Under the pieces are notes generated by a model. That model saw only the letters and a list, made by a program, of their open reading frames with translations, had not been told where the DNA came from and did no database searches. A DNA stretch of 39,785 bases from the NCBI GenBank assembly GCA_964589415.1, contig CAZPRQ010000003.1, positions 1-39,785 of the forward strand, in the 5' to 3' direction. Source of the stretch: an uncultured Candidatus Saccharibacteria bacterium (GTDB taxonomy: Bacteria; Patescibacteriota; Doudnabacteria; UBA920). Of this stretch, positions 24,541 to 33,359 are shown piece by piece. Each line of letters opens with the position of its first letter. The first letter of the stretch is position 1. The position numbers were made by a program, and so were the translations under genes.

Positions 24541-24691
24541 TTAGGACTTACGCACCTCAAGAGGGTCATCCTTGCGCAGAATCATTTTGATTTATAGCCA
24601 ATGCCTGATTATTATCAGATTTTGCGTTTTTAAAATATCGCCTGCGGCGCAAGGATGACCCTCTAAAGATTATGCAACGCGTAAGCCCTGA
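24541..24691. mobile_element. MITE-like palindromic element with no ORF and TTAGGACTTACGC-type termini
   Basis: The left end is TTAGGACTTACGC. The reverse complement of the right end is TCAGGGCTTACGC. A nested inverted repeat is formed by AGAGGGTCATCCTTGCGC (24560-24577) and GCGCAAGGATGACCCTCT (24647-24664). Confidence 0.5.
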
Positions 24692-24783
24692 CTTAATATA
24701 TTATACATCATACTTGCTTAAATAACACAAAACCACCCATAAGCTAAACGAGGGGGTGGTTGTTGTAATACTTATGGTAATTG

Positions 24784-25044
24784 CTATTTTTTTGCCCTAA
24801 TCTTGCGTTCTTTTTTTGGCTTAGCTTCCGCTTTAATTTTAGCGGCAACCAAAGTGCGTTTTTTAAACCTATCAACGTTTCCGGTGGTATCTAGAAGTTT
24901 CTGTTTACCGGTATAAAATGGGTGGCAGTTGCTGCAAATTTCAGTATGCACTTTTTCCACGGTTGAGCCGGTTACAAATGTGTTGCCACAAGCGCAGGTA
25001 ACCTTCGCGTTATTGTAATATTGCGGATGAATGTTAGATTTCAT
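24784..25044 (-). CDS. rpmE: 50S ribosomal protein L31 (Zn-ribbon type) with a Lys-rich C-terminal extension
   Basis: [10 protein letters not shown]...CACGNTF...[13 protein letters not shown]. Confidence 0.9.
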   Translation of the reverse strand: MKSNIHPQYYNNAKVTCACGNTFVTGSTVEKVHTEICSNCHPFYTGKQKLLDTTGNVDRFKKRTLVAAKIKAEAKPKKERKIRAKK

Positions 25045-25154
25045 AGAATTGATTAAATTAGCCTAAAACAACTGAACTTCGCGTACCAAAATCTAAAATT
25101 TAAATTTGCGACACTAATTTGGGCAAACACGAATTAGGGTAATTATAGAATCCC

Positions 25155-25183
25155 TTGCCAAAAAAGTCAAGGTTTGTTATAAT
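25155..25183 (+). promoter_or_regulatory. Consensus-like promoter of rpsB-tsf
   Basis: TTGCCA (25155-25160), a 17-nt spacer, then TATAAT (25178-25183). Confidence 0.6.
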
Positions 25184-25306
25184 CTCTTTATTAGAAATTA
25201 ATCACATTTCGCTTAATTTTCCTTGTTTAAACCGGCTCGAGAGCCAAGGTTTAAATAACCGCGAAATGGGAGCTTCCGCGCTAAGCGGATAAAGGAAATT
25301 CAACAT
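25184..25306 (+). promoter_or_regulatory. Structured rpsB 5' leader, a possible S2 autoregulatory element
   Basis: ATTTCGC (25206-25212) pairs with GCGAAAT (25261-25267) and encloses the hairpin TTTAAACC-GGCTC...GAGCC-GGTTTAAA (25226-25255). Confidence 0.3.
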
Positions 25307-26053
25307 ATGAAAGATATCAGTCTTTTAGACCTGCTAAAAAGCGGGGCTCATTTCGGCCACACCACCAGCAGGTGGAATCCGAAAATGAAACCGTATATTT
25401 TTACGGTTCGCAACAATATTCACATCCTTGACTTGGAAAAGACAAGGAAAGCATTAATAAAAGCCAGCGACTTTGCCAAAGACATAACCTCCAAGGGAGG
25501 AACTATCTTATTTGTAGGCACCAAGCGCCAGTCCAAATCAGCTGTCAAACAAGCTGCACTTGCGGCTGGAATGCCTTTTGTAAACGTCCGGTGGCTTGGC
25601 GGTACATTTACGAATTTCCGCACCATCCAACGCACTATCCGAAAACTGGAAAAACTGGAAAATTTAAAGGCCAGCGGCGAATTGGAAGAGAAATATACAA
25701 AGAAAGAAAGACTGCTTATTGAACGGGAAATTGAAAAACTCAAAAAACTCTTCGAAGGCATTCAAGACTTAAAACGACTCCCTGAAGCCATTTTTGTCAC
25801 AGACACGAGACACGATGACATTGCCGTAAAAGAAGCCAAGCTTTCCAAAATTAAAATTATAGGCATAGTGGATACCAACAGCAATCCGGACACTGCCAAT
25901 TACATTATTCCCTGCAATGACGATTCCAGCAAAGCGATTGAGCTGGTCTGTAACATTATTTCCGAAGCCATTTTAGAAGGTAAAAAAACAATAGTGGTGA
26001 AGGAGCCCCCCAAAATTGAGGCAACAAATAGCCCTCAAGTAAATAGAAATTAA
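25307..26053 (+). CDS. rpsB: 30S ribosomal protein S2
   Basis: LLKSGAHFGHTTSRWNPKMKPYIF, ILFVGTKRQ and DTNSNPD motifs. Confidence 0.9.
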   Translation: MKDISLLDLLKSGAHFGHTTSRWNPKMKPYIFTVRNNIHILDLEKTRKALIKASDFAKDITSKGGTILFVGTKRQSKSAVKQAALAAGMPFVNVRWLGGTFTNFRTIQRTIRKLEKLENLKASGELEEKYTKKERLLIEREIEKLKKLFEGIQDLKRLPEAIFVTDTRHDDIAVKEAKLSKIKIIGIVDTNSNPDTANYIIPCNDDSSKAIELVCNIISEAILEGKKTIVVKEPPKIEATNSPQVNRN

Positions 26054-26066
26054 ACAATACAACAGT

Positions 26067-26648
26067 ATGGAAAACAATCTGCTCAAGGAACTGCGAGAAC
26101 TAACCGGCGCGGGCATGATGGATATAAAAGAAGCCCTCGCCGAAGCGGCAAATGAAAAAGACAAAGCCATTGAAATTTTGCGCAAAAAAGGCGCCATGAA
26201 AATGGGAAAAAAATCGGATCGAATAGCCAATGAAGGCTTGGTAGAAGCCTATATTCACCCTGGCGGAAGAGTTGGTGTACTGCTGGAACTAAACTGCGAA
26301 ACAGACTTTGTGGCCAGAACCGACGCTTTTAAGGAACTGTCTAAAGGACTGGCGCTTCACATTGCGGCTGCGAACCCTCTTTATATAACTTCGGCCGAAG
26401 TTCCGCCAGAGGTTGTGGAAAAAGAAAAAGAGATATACAAAGAACAGTTAAAAGACAAACCGGCCGATGTAGTGGAAAAAATTCTCGAGGGCAAAATTGG
26501 AAAATTTTATGAAGAAGTTTGCCTTATGGACCAGCCTTTCGTGAAGGACCCGAGCCTTAAAGTAAGCCAATTTTTTGCGGAAGCAGGAGCTAAAATGGGG
26601 GAGAATATCCAAATTAGACGCTTTGTCCGGTACGCGTTGGGAAACTAG
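26067..26648 (+). CDS. tsf: Elongation factor Ts, short form
   Basis: The N-terminal UBA-like segment is LKELRELTGAGMMDIKEAL. It also has the ELNCETDFVART motif and lies immediately downstream of rpsB. Confidence 0.85.
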   Translation: MENNLLKELRELTGAGMMDIKEALAEAANEKDKAIEILRKKGAMKMGKKSDRIANEGLVEAYIHPGGRVGVLLELNCETDFVARTDAFKELSKGLALHIAAANPLYITSAEVPPEVVEKEKEIYKEQLKDKPADVVEKILEGKIGKFYEEVCLMDQPFVKDPSLKVSQFFAEAGAKMGENIQIRRFVRYALGN

Positions 26649-26791
26649 CCAATTAGGCAAAAAACACCACTTTAGTATGAAATAATTAACCTAATTAGGA
26701 TAATTATCCCAATACGCCTAAACAAAAATTGGAGTTAAAAATGAGGTTTTAGGTTTATTGGAAATAGGAATAATTAGGACAATTTAAAACA

Positions 26792-27547
26792 TTGTTCTAC
26801 CAAACGCTTCCAAACATTATTTTAGTACTTTCCATATTGGGGATTATTTTATTAATCCTGCGCCGCTTGCCAGAGGTCGCGAAAATTACGGAAGACCCTA
26901 AAAATGAATTGGTTTCCGCTGACAAAAAATTGTTGGAAAAAGGCCTCCCCACGCAAGCGGTATGGGTTTTGCGTTCAAGGGTTATTCATTTCTCAAAAAG
27001 GGCTTGGAATTTCATTCTAGAAGCCAAAGACCTAAAACACCACTCCTTTGCGGGATACCGCATTAAAAAACTCTTTAGGGAAAAGACCTCCCATGCCAAT
27101 TTAACCGCAAACGGACAGCCGCAGCCAATCCAGTCCCCTAAAAAAACCGAAAAGGAATTGCTCGAACAAATTAAACAAGACCACAAAAATCTTTCCCATT
27201 ACGATGCCCTAGGAAAATTTTATTTAGAACGCCAAAGTTACCAAGACGCCAGGGATATTTACTTATATTTGGTTAACCACCAATCCACCAACGCCGATTT
27301 TTACGCCCGCCTGGCGTCCTGCTACTTTAAGCTCAGACAATATAGCCAGGCGGCTGACAGTTATTCCAAATCGGTATCACTTGATTCCACGCAGCCAAAC
27401 AGGTATTATAATTTAGGTCTAGCTTTGGAAGCGGAAGGTAAACTACCAGAAAGCCATGAGGCCTTTGACCAGGCGGCAAAATTGGAACCTGCCAATGAAA
27501 AATATGTTTTAGCCGCTAACCGACTGAAGGCTAAGGCGGGAAAGTAG
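26792..27547 (+). CDS. Membrane-anchored TPR-repeat protein
   Basis: TTG start and an N-terminal TM helix. The C-terminal half has TPR-like repeats (YDALGKFYLERQSYQDARDIY, YARLASCYFKLRQYSQAADSY, YYNLGLALEAEGKLPESHEAF). Confidence 0.55.
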   Translation: MFYQTLPNIILVLSILGIILLILRRLPEVAKITEDPKNELVSADKKLLEKGLPTQAVWVLRSRVIHFSKRAWNFILEAKDLKHHSFAGYRIKKLFREKTSHANLTANGQPQPIQSPKKTEKELLEQIKQDHKNLSHYDALGKFYLERQSYQDARDIYLYLVNHQSTNADFYARLASCYFKLRQYSQAADSYSKSVSLDSTQPNRYYNLGLALEAEGKLPESHEAFDQAAKLEPANEKYVLAANRLKAKAGK

Positions 27548-27638
27548 CAAAGTAAGCTAATAGGCTGATAAGTTAATAAGCAAATAAGGAAATCTTTAAA
27601 TCATTTAATCTTTTTATTTTTAAATAATTAAATTATAC

Positions 27639-27714
27639 GCCGTTGTAGCTCAGTTGGTAGAGCAACTCCATGGTAAGGAGTAGGTCATCGGTTCAATTCC
27701 GATCAACGGCTCCA
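27639..27714 (+). tRNA. tRNA-Thr, anticodon GGU, with encoded CCA
   Basis: Hand-folded cloverleaf. Acceptor GCCGTTG/CAACGGC, D arm GCTC/GAGC, anticodon arm ACTCC-ATGGTAA-GGAGT, T arm ATCGG-TTCAATT-CCGAT. Confidence 0.85.
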
Positions 27715-27716
27715 GA

Positions 27717-27782
27717 CTTCGCCAAGGCTTCGCCTGGTCACGTCGTTCGCGAACGACGGTGACTGGCTTACGCCAAAGAAGG
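27717..27782. repeat. Long imperfect palindrome in the tRNA-Thr/tRNA-Tyr spacer
   Basis: The core is GTCACGTCGTTCG|CGAACGACGGTGAC (27737-27763). The flanking arms are CTTCGCCAAGGCTTCGCC and GGCTTACGCCAAAGAAGG. Confidence 0.45.
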
Positions 27783-27821
27783 TTTGTCGAAAGTTGGATT
27801 AAATTCAATTTATTTATATAT

Positions 27822-27908
27822 GGGCAGGTAGCGAAGCGGTCAAACGCGACTGACTGTAAATCAGTTGGCTTTATGCCTTCATAGGTTCGAATCCTATCCT
27901 GCCCACCA
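27822..27908 (+). tRNA. tRNA-Tyr, anticodon GUA, with a long variable arm and encoded CCA
   Basis: Acceptor GGGCAGG/CCTGCCC, anticodon arm ACTGA-CTGTAAA-TCAGT, variable stem GGC/GCC, T arm ATAGG-TTCGAAT-CCTAT. Confidence 0.85.
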
Positions 27909-27912
27909 TTTT

Positions 27913-27940
27913 AAAAACATCGCAAAATTGCGATGTTTTT
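27913..27940. terminator. Bidirectional hairpin terminator after the tRNA pair
   Basis: AAAAACATCGCAA pairs with TTGCGATGTTTTT. The A-run before and T-run after allow it to act on both strands. Confidence 0.6.
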
Positions 27941-28092
27941 AAAATATCTCGAGCAAAACCGCTCGATGCGTGGCGTAGTCGAGGGGCAGGAATATTAAAA
28001 CCCGACTTACTAAAAATTTTAATTTCCGCCCTGTTAGGATTTGCTTCTTTTCCGAATTGCTTCCGCGTTAATTTCCGTTTAATTCAGCGCCG

Positions 28093-29340
28093 CTATGTGC
28101 CTTCTTCCCAACTGGACAAATATTTTGTCTGCTTAGGGGTAAGCGTATCAATTTTTACGCCCATTGACTCGAGTTTTAAAGAAGCAATTCGCGCGTCCAG
28201 CTCCATTGGAACTTCGTAAACTCTATTTTCCAAATTTTTATAATTTTTTACCAGCCACTCGCACACCAAAGCTTGTCCGGCAAAGGACATGTCCATAACC
28301 GAGGAAGGATGACCTTCTGCCGCGGCCAAATTTACCAGCCGGCCCTCGGCAAGTAAATATACCCGTTTTTTGCCAATCAAATATTCCTGCACCTCTCCCA
28401 TTTTTTTCCCCTTTTTAGCTGTTTTTTGCAGTCCCTCCACGTCTATTTCCACATTAAAATGGCCGGCATTGGCCACTATAGCGCCGTCTCTCATGGCTTT
28501 TAAATGCGCTAAAGTAATAACCGAGGTATTGCCTGTGGCTGTAATAAATACTTCGCCGATTTTAGCTGCTTCGTCCATGGACATAACCCCAAATCCGTCC
28601 ATTACCGCCTTTAAAGCCTTTGTGGCATTTACTTCAGTAACAATTACCCGCGCGCCCAAACCTCTGGCTTTAGCCGCAATGCCGGAACCGCAAAAACCAT
28701 AACCAGCGACTACCAACTTTTTTCCCGGGATTAGCATGTTGGTAGATCTCATTAAAGCGTCCATGGTTGACTGGCCGGTGCCATAATGGTTGTCAAACAT
28801 ATGCTTGGTGGGAGTGTCGTTTACGGCAATTACCGGGTATTTTAAAGCGCCATCTTTTGCCATAGACCGGAGCCGAATTACCCCCGTTGTGGTTTCTTCC
28901 TGTCCCGCCCAGACAGTGGAGAGAAGCTCCTGCCGTTTGGTATGAATAAGAGAAATTAAGTCCGCGCCATCGTCTATGGTTATGTGAGGCTTAATGTCCA
29001 GAACTTTTTGCAGACAATCATAATAATCTTTCCGGCCAATCCCGCGCCAGGCAAAAACCGAAATACCGTTTTTTACCAAAGCAGCCGCCACGTCGTCTTG
29101 GGTGGAAAGGGGATTACTGCCGCATAGGGCCACTTGTGCCCCTCCGGCTTTAAGCGCATTCATTAGCACCGCTGTTTCTTTGGTTACATGAAGGCAGGCC
29201 GCGATTCTTACCCCTTTAAAGCTTTGCTTTTTTGTAAACTCCGTTTTTAACCTTGCCAACACAGGCATTTCTTTTTCCGCCCAGGACACTCTTTCGGCTC
29301 CGGCTTTTTCTAAATTTATATCTTTAACTTCAAATTTCAT
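28093..29340 (-). CDS. ahcY: Adenosylhomocysteinase (S-adenosyl-L-homocysteine hydrolase), short form
   Basis: Motifs DINLEKAGAERVSWAEKEMPVL, TKETAVL, DDGADL and FDNHYGTGQS, with the NAD fold GYGFCGSGIA. 415 aa. Confidence 0.9.
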   Translation of the reverse strand: MKFEVKDINLEKAGAERVSWAEKEMPVLARLKTEFTKKQSFKGVRIAACLHVTKETAVLMNALKAGGAQVALCGSNPLSTQDDVAAALVKNGISVFAWRGIGRKDYYDCLQKVLDIKPHITIDDGADLISLIHTKRQELLSTVWAGQEETTTGVIRLRSMAKDGALKYPVIAVNDTPTKHMFDNHYGTGQSTMDALMRSTNMLIPGKKLVVAGYGFCGSGIAAKARGLGARVIVTEVNATKALKAVMDGFGVMSMDEAAKIGEVFITATGNTSVITLAHLKAMRDGAIVANAGHFNVEIDVEGLQKTAKKGKKMGEVQEYLIGKKRVYLLAEGRLVNLAAAEGHPSSVMDMSFAGQALVCEWLVKNYKNLENRVYEVPMELDARIASLKLESMGVKIDTLTPKQTKYLSSWEEGT

Positions 29341-29469
29341 TGAAATAAAATTATTTATTACAAGAAGTTATTTTTACAATAGCTTCTGGTAAAGTATAAC
29401 AAATTTTGACCATTTAAAAAACCGACCCAAAATTGAACAATTTTTTTGATCGGTTTTTACTTAGGAAAA

Positions 29470-29886
29470 CTACGCGCCCCAAACGCCCAAAATCGCGCCG
29501 GCAGCCAGTAAAGTAAGAAACATATTACCAATACCAAGCCAAAACAAAATCATTTTTCCGCCCCATAAAGCTTCGCCAAGCTTAATAGGCACTACAAAAC
29601 CCAGCCATGCCCAAAAAGCAACCAAGAGCGAACCTTTTAGCGTCAAGTCATTCATGCCTAAAATAAAATGCGCTAGAACGTAAAACATAACTAGGCTGGC
29701 TAAGAACTGCAGCGCGTAAGTGACCCCCATTTTCTTTTTCATAAGAGCCTGTTTTTCCGGCGACCACTGGTCCATGCCCATTGCCTTCATAAATGGCTTG
29801 CCAAAGAGGGGACCGTACCAAATACTGCCAATAACCATAGAAACTATGGCCGATACTAACACTGCCCAAAAGTTTATGTCCGACAT
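29470..29886 (-). CDS. DUF1761-family small membrane protein
   Basis: The N-terminus INFWAVLVSAIVSMVIGSIWYGPLFGKPFMKAMG matches my memory of the DUF1761 consensus. It has 4 TM helices. Confidence 0.6.
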   Translation of the reverse strand: MSDINFWAVLVSAIVSMVIGSIWYGPLFGKPFMKAMGMDQWSPEKQALMKKKMGVTYALQFLASLVMFYVLAHFILGMNDLTLKGSLLVAFWAWLGFVVPIKLGEALWGGKMILFWLGIGNMFLTLLAAGAILGVWGA

Positions 29887-29928
29887 AAAAAACTAAAATT
29901 ACTTTTAATGTTACTTATATACATAGTA

Positions 29929-30157
29929 TTAGGACTTACGCGTTTGAGCAAGTCGGGGTCCCCATTCTTCTGCTTGGCAGGAATGGGGTGATTAATACGA
30001 GGCGTTTTTTGCGGATTTTATGAGGCGTAGTTTAACTACGACGAATAAAAACGTAAGAAAAACAACGAAGTAATTGGCCAAACCGCTTGCGGCGCAGCCA
30101 TTGTTCCTGCAATCTGGCTTTGCCAGTTGCAAACAATGGCAAGCGCGGAAGTCCTAA
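29929..30157. mobile_element. Complete 229-bp MITE-like element with 14-bp terminal inverted repeats and no ORF
   Basis: TTAGGACTTACGCG (29929-29942) and CGCGGAAGTCCTAA (30144-30157) match at 13 of 14 positions. Internal hairpins are CCCCATTC/GAATGGGG and GCCATTGTT...AACAATGGC. GTA is present on both flanks. Confidence 0.55.
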
Positions 30158-30236
30158 GTATATATACAAAGGTGACCATTGTAGGAGGATCTTTGCAACA
30201 TAAAAAGCCCATTCGGGTAAACCGATGGACTTTTTA

Positions 30237-30310
30237 TGGCAGGGGGTGTAGGAATCGAACCCACGTAAACCGATTTGGAGTCGGTTGTATTACCACTATA
30301 CGAACCCCCC
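30237..30310 (-). tRNA. tRNA-Trp, anticodon CCA, with encoded CCA end
   Basis: The minus strand reads GGGGGGT-TC-GTAT..ATAC-A-ACCGA-CTCCAAA-TCGGT-..GTGGG-TTCGATT-CCTAC-ACCCCCT-G-CCA. Confidence 0.85.
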
Positions 30311-30356
30311 AAATAAAGAAGCATGAATGCAAGTTTACATTCAAACTTCTTAATTC

Positions 30357-30512
30357 TTACTTAGTTTCCTTATGCAGCTGCTTTTTTTTGCAAAACTTGC
30401 AAAACTTTTGAAGTTCCAAGCGCTTCTGGGTATTTTTTTTGTTCTTTTTGGTCTGATAATTTAAATTATGACAGACCGTGCATTCTAAATTAATAAGGTG
30501 ATCCTGGGACAT
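30357..30512 (-). CDS. rpmG: 50S ribosomal protein L33, missed by the ORF track because it is under 60 aa
   Basis: My hand translation is [51 protein letters not shown]. This shows the classic L33 pattern CxxC...YxTxKNKKN...RLELxKFCxxCxKxxxHKETK. Confidence 0.8.
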   Translation of the reverse strand: MSQDHLINLECTVCHNLNYQTKKNKKNTQKRLELQKFCKFCKKKQLHKETK

Positions 30513-30605
30513 ATGTGTATAATTAAAATTTAAAAAATATAAATTGTATATACAGTGTCTTCGGCGAAAAGGCCTGTATGGGCATCACTGATCCTAAAGT
30601 GATGC

Positions 30606-30681
30606 TGGAGCCGGCTGCCGGACTCGAACCGGCCACCTACGGTTTACAAAACCGTTGCTCTACCGGATGAGCTAAGCCGGC
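30606..30681 (-). tRNA. tRNA-Thr, anticodon UGU, with encoded CCA
   Basis: The minus strand reads GCCGGCT-TA-GCTC..GAGC-A-ACGGT-TTTGTAA-ACCGT-AGGTG-GCCGG-TTCGAGT-CCGGC-AGCCGGC-T-CCA. Confidence 0.85.
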
Positions 30682-30819
30682 ATTTAATAATGACTGACTT
30701 GTATAGATTTTACTCTAACTGACCATCCGCCTAAAGCGCGGACGGCACAAAAGCGAACTTGTAATATTCTACCATAAACATAAGAAAAAATCCATAGCAC
30801 AATCATTAGAGTATTCAAT

Positions 30820-30848
30820 TTGGATAATCATATAAAATATTGTATAAT
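30820..30848 (+). promoter_or_regulatory. Putative promoter of the NRAMP gene
   Basis: TTGGAT (30820-30825), a 17-nt spacer, then an extended -10 TGTATAAT (30841-30848). Confidence 0.5.
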
Positions 30849-30898
30849 TAAATCAATAAAGCTTCGCCCCAGAAATAAAAAGACAGAAAAACTCAAAC

Positions 30899-32254
30899 AT
30901 GAAAAGCACAATCCGAAAGGACTATTTTACCCTGCCGGCCAAAGTTTCAGAAATGGAACAAAAAGGAAATGGAAAATCTTCCCACGAAACTCCATTAAAA
31001 AAAGCTTCGCGGTTTTGGCATATGCTTGGACCGGGACTAACTACGGGAGCTGCCGACGACGACCCTTCCGGCATAGCCACATACTCCCAAGCCGGCGCAA
31101 AATTTGGTTTTCAATACGCCTGGCTGGCAATTTTTACTTTCCCTTTTATGGCAGTCGTGCAAGAAATGTGCGCTCGCATTGGCTTAGTTACCGGCAGGGG
31201 ATTGGCGGCAAATATTCGCCGTCATTACCCAAAATGGGTCCTTTATGCCTGCGCTTTTTTACTTTTTGCCGCCAACACTTTAAACATTGGCGCAAACTTG
31301 GGAGCCATGGCCAAAGCAACACAGCTCATTTTGCCATCTTTAAATTTTGGGCTACTTATAGCAGGATTTTCCATTTTGTGCCTGGCGCTGCAAATTTTTA
31401 TTACCTACCAGGAATACGCCAAATACTTAAAATGGCTCGCGCTAATTCTGCTTTCATACATCTTTTCAGCGCTCTTTATAAATTTCGATTGGTCTGCCGT
31501 AGCCAAAGCCACCTTTATTCCCAGCATACAGCTTGATAGGGACCATATATTTCTTCTCTGCGCTCTACTTGGCACCACCATTTCACCATATTTGTTTTTT
31601 TGGCAAACCAGCCAGGAAGTAGAAGAAGAAATTCTTAGCGGCCACGCGACCATACACGAAAGGCAAACAAGCGTAACCAAAAGCCTAATTCGCAACATGA
31701 AAATAGATGTCTGGTCAGGCATGCTATTGTCGAACCTGGTTATGTTTTTTATTATAATTACTTGCGCCGCAACGCTCTTTTCGTCCGGCATCACGAATAT
31801 TAAAACAGCTGCGGAAGCTGCGGAAGCCCTAAAACCGCTAGCGGGTAACCAAGCCAGTTTACTGTTTGCCTTGGGTATTATTGGCACCGGCCTCTTGGCT
31901 GTTCCGGTTTTAGCAGGGAGCGCTTCTTACGCCATATCTGAAGCCGCCGGGTACAAGCAGGGCCTGTACAGAAAGCTAAAACAGGCAAAGGCCTTTTACG
32001 GCATAATTATTTTTTCCATGGCCCTTGGGCTAATTATAAATTTTCTAGGTATAGATCCTATACAAACACTCATATGGTCTGCCGTTATAAATGGCATTAT
32101 TGCCCCTGTAATTCTTTTCTTTATTGTCCATATTAGTTCAAACAAGCAAACCATGGGGATTTGGGTCAGCGGGAGCCTTAGCACCAAGGCTGGCTGGCTA
32201 ATTTTCGCGCTCTTGACTGTCACATCGGCCGCGACTATTATATCCTTGTTGTAA
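30899..32254 (+). CDS. NRAMP-family divalent metal cation transporter
   Basis: GPGLTTGAADDDPSGIATYSQAGAKFGF and a multi-TM body of 451 aa. The true start may be the internal M at 30953. Confidence 0.8.
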   Translation: MKSTIRKDYFTLPAKVSEMEQKGNGKSSHETPLKKASRFWHMLGPGLTTGAADDDPSGIATYSQAGAKFGFQYAWLAIFTFPFMAVVQEMCARIGLVTGRGLAANIRRHYPKWVLYACAFLLFAANTLNIGANLGAMAKATQLILPSLNFGLLIAGFSILCLALQIFITYQEYAKYLKWLALILLSYIFSALFINFDWSAVAKATFIPSIQLDRDHIFLLCALLGTTISPYLFFWQTSQEVEEEILSGHATIHERQTSVTKSLIRNMKIDVWSGMLLSNLVMFFIIITCAATLFSSGITNIKTAAEAAEALKPLAGNQASLLFALGIIGTGLLAVPVLAGSASYAISEAAGYKQGLYRKLKQAKAFYGIIIFSMALGLIINFLGIDPIQTLIWSAVINGIIAPVILFFIVHISSNKQTMGIWVSGSLSTKAGWLIFALLTVTSAATIISLL

Positions 32255-32316
32255 ACGTAATTAAATAAAACCTATAACAAAAACCAGAATGATGGTAAAT
32301 AGGTTTTAAATATGCA

Positions 32317-33015
32317 GTGAATTTAGAACATAGCACAATCCGAACAGTGGAAGAAATTCACCCTGTCAAAAGTCGTTTTAAAACGGTCTTGCCGTTTATT
32401 TTAGGGTTATTTTTAATTTGCGCGGCTGCTGCGGGCGGGTACTTATTGCGCATGCGCACGCACCCACAGCTTAAAGTGCAAGTTGTCGCGGCTCCGCTAC
32501 CGGGCAGCATTAGCGCCACAACTACTGTTATGCCTGGACAAAAAGTAGTCGAGTTGGAAAAAAATATTCCCACCGAAAACAAACCTAAGTCGAATTTGCC
32601 AATTTTAAGAGAAAATACAGCACAAATTCCGCTTCCGCAGACGCTGGGTAAAAATATTTATACTAACAGCGACATGAACCTCTCTATGCAAATACCGAGC
32701 GACTGGCAAGTAGACCCTGGCCAGAGCAACGAAAAACGGTTAGTGTTTACCAGCGATGCACTGGGAGAAACAGCCTATATTGAACGTTACGAAGGCGTAA
32801 CCGCAAGCTTGGAAAATATAGAAACAACACTTCAAAATTCGCCCTCGGTTATAAAAACTCAGAAAGTCCTGGTTTTAGGAAAGCCGGCCATAGCTTTTAC
32901 CGGCAGCAATGGCAGTCCAGACGGCGTAGCCATGCTGAATAATAATAGCTTATATTATTTTCACGCCCAAACAGCAACCGACGCATTTTTACAAAACATG
33001 ACCTTTATAAATTAA
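32317..33015 (+). CDS. Hypothetical membrane-anchored or exported protein
   Basis: GTG start with one TM helix (VLPFILGLFLICAAAAGGYLL). I recognise no family. Confidence 0.45.
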   Translation: MNLEHSTIRTVEEIHPVKSRFKTVLPFILGLFLICAAAAGGYLLRMRTHPQLKVQVVAAPLPGSISATTTVMPGQKVVELEKNIPTENKPKSNLPILRENTAQIPLPQTLGKNIYTNSDMNLSMQIPSDWQVDPGQSNEKRLVFTSDALGETAYIERYEGVTASLENIETTLQNSPSVIKTQKVLVLGKPAIAFTGSNGSPDGVAMLNNNSLYYFHAQTATDAFLQNMTFIN

Positions 33016-33026
33016 CCGTAAATAAT

Positions 33027-33278
33027 ATGAAAACTCAAAAATCAAACAGCGAAGAATTTAGGGTTTCCGGGGATGAAGTCATAAAAAAACTTAAACAGCT
33101 GCTGCGTGAAGGAAATATACGCCGCATTATTTTAAAAAATGAAAGTGGCAAGGTATTGCTGGAAATTCCGCTTACCGTTGGCGTCATTGGCGCGGCATTA
33201 CTGCCCATATGGGCGGCCGTGGGAGCAATTGCCGCCCTGGTGGCCAAAATGACAATTGTTGTCGAAAAAAGAGATTAA
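33027..33278 (+). CDS. DUF4342-family small protein
   Basis: FRVSGDEVIKKLKQLLREGNIRRIILKNESGKVLLEIPLTVGVIGAALLPIWAAVGAIAALV matches my memory of the DUF4342 consensus. Confidence 0.6.
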   Translation: MKTQKSNSEEFRVSGDEVIKKLKQLLREGNIRRIILKNESGKVLLEIPLTVGVIGAALLPIWAAVGAIAALVAKMTIVVEKRD

Positions 33279-33359
33279 ACAACATTCACCAATAATGTTA
33301 AAATCCCAAAAGCGCCGCAAACTTAAAACGGACGGTTTATTTAATGGTATAATAAGAGC

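Noticed and set aside
30127-30411. 94-aa plus-strand ORF from the track
   Set aside because: It runs antisense across the tRNA-Trp gene and the end of rpmG and starts inside the MITE-like element. It is a chance open frame.
30820-31536. 238-aa plus-strand ORF overlapping the NRAMP gene in another frame
   Set aside because: Its composition is Arg/Lys/Ser-rich and not protein-like. The overlapping frame (30899-32254) has clear NRAMP motifs and TM helices.
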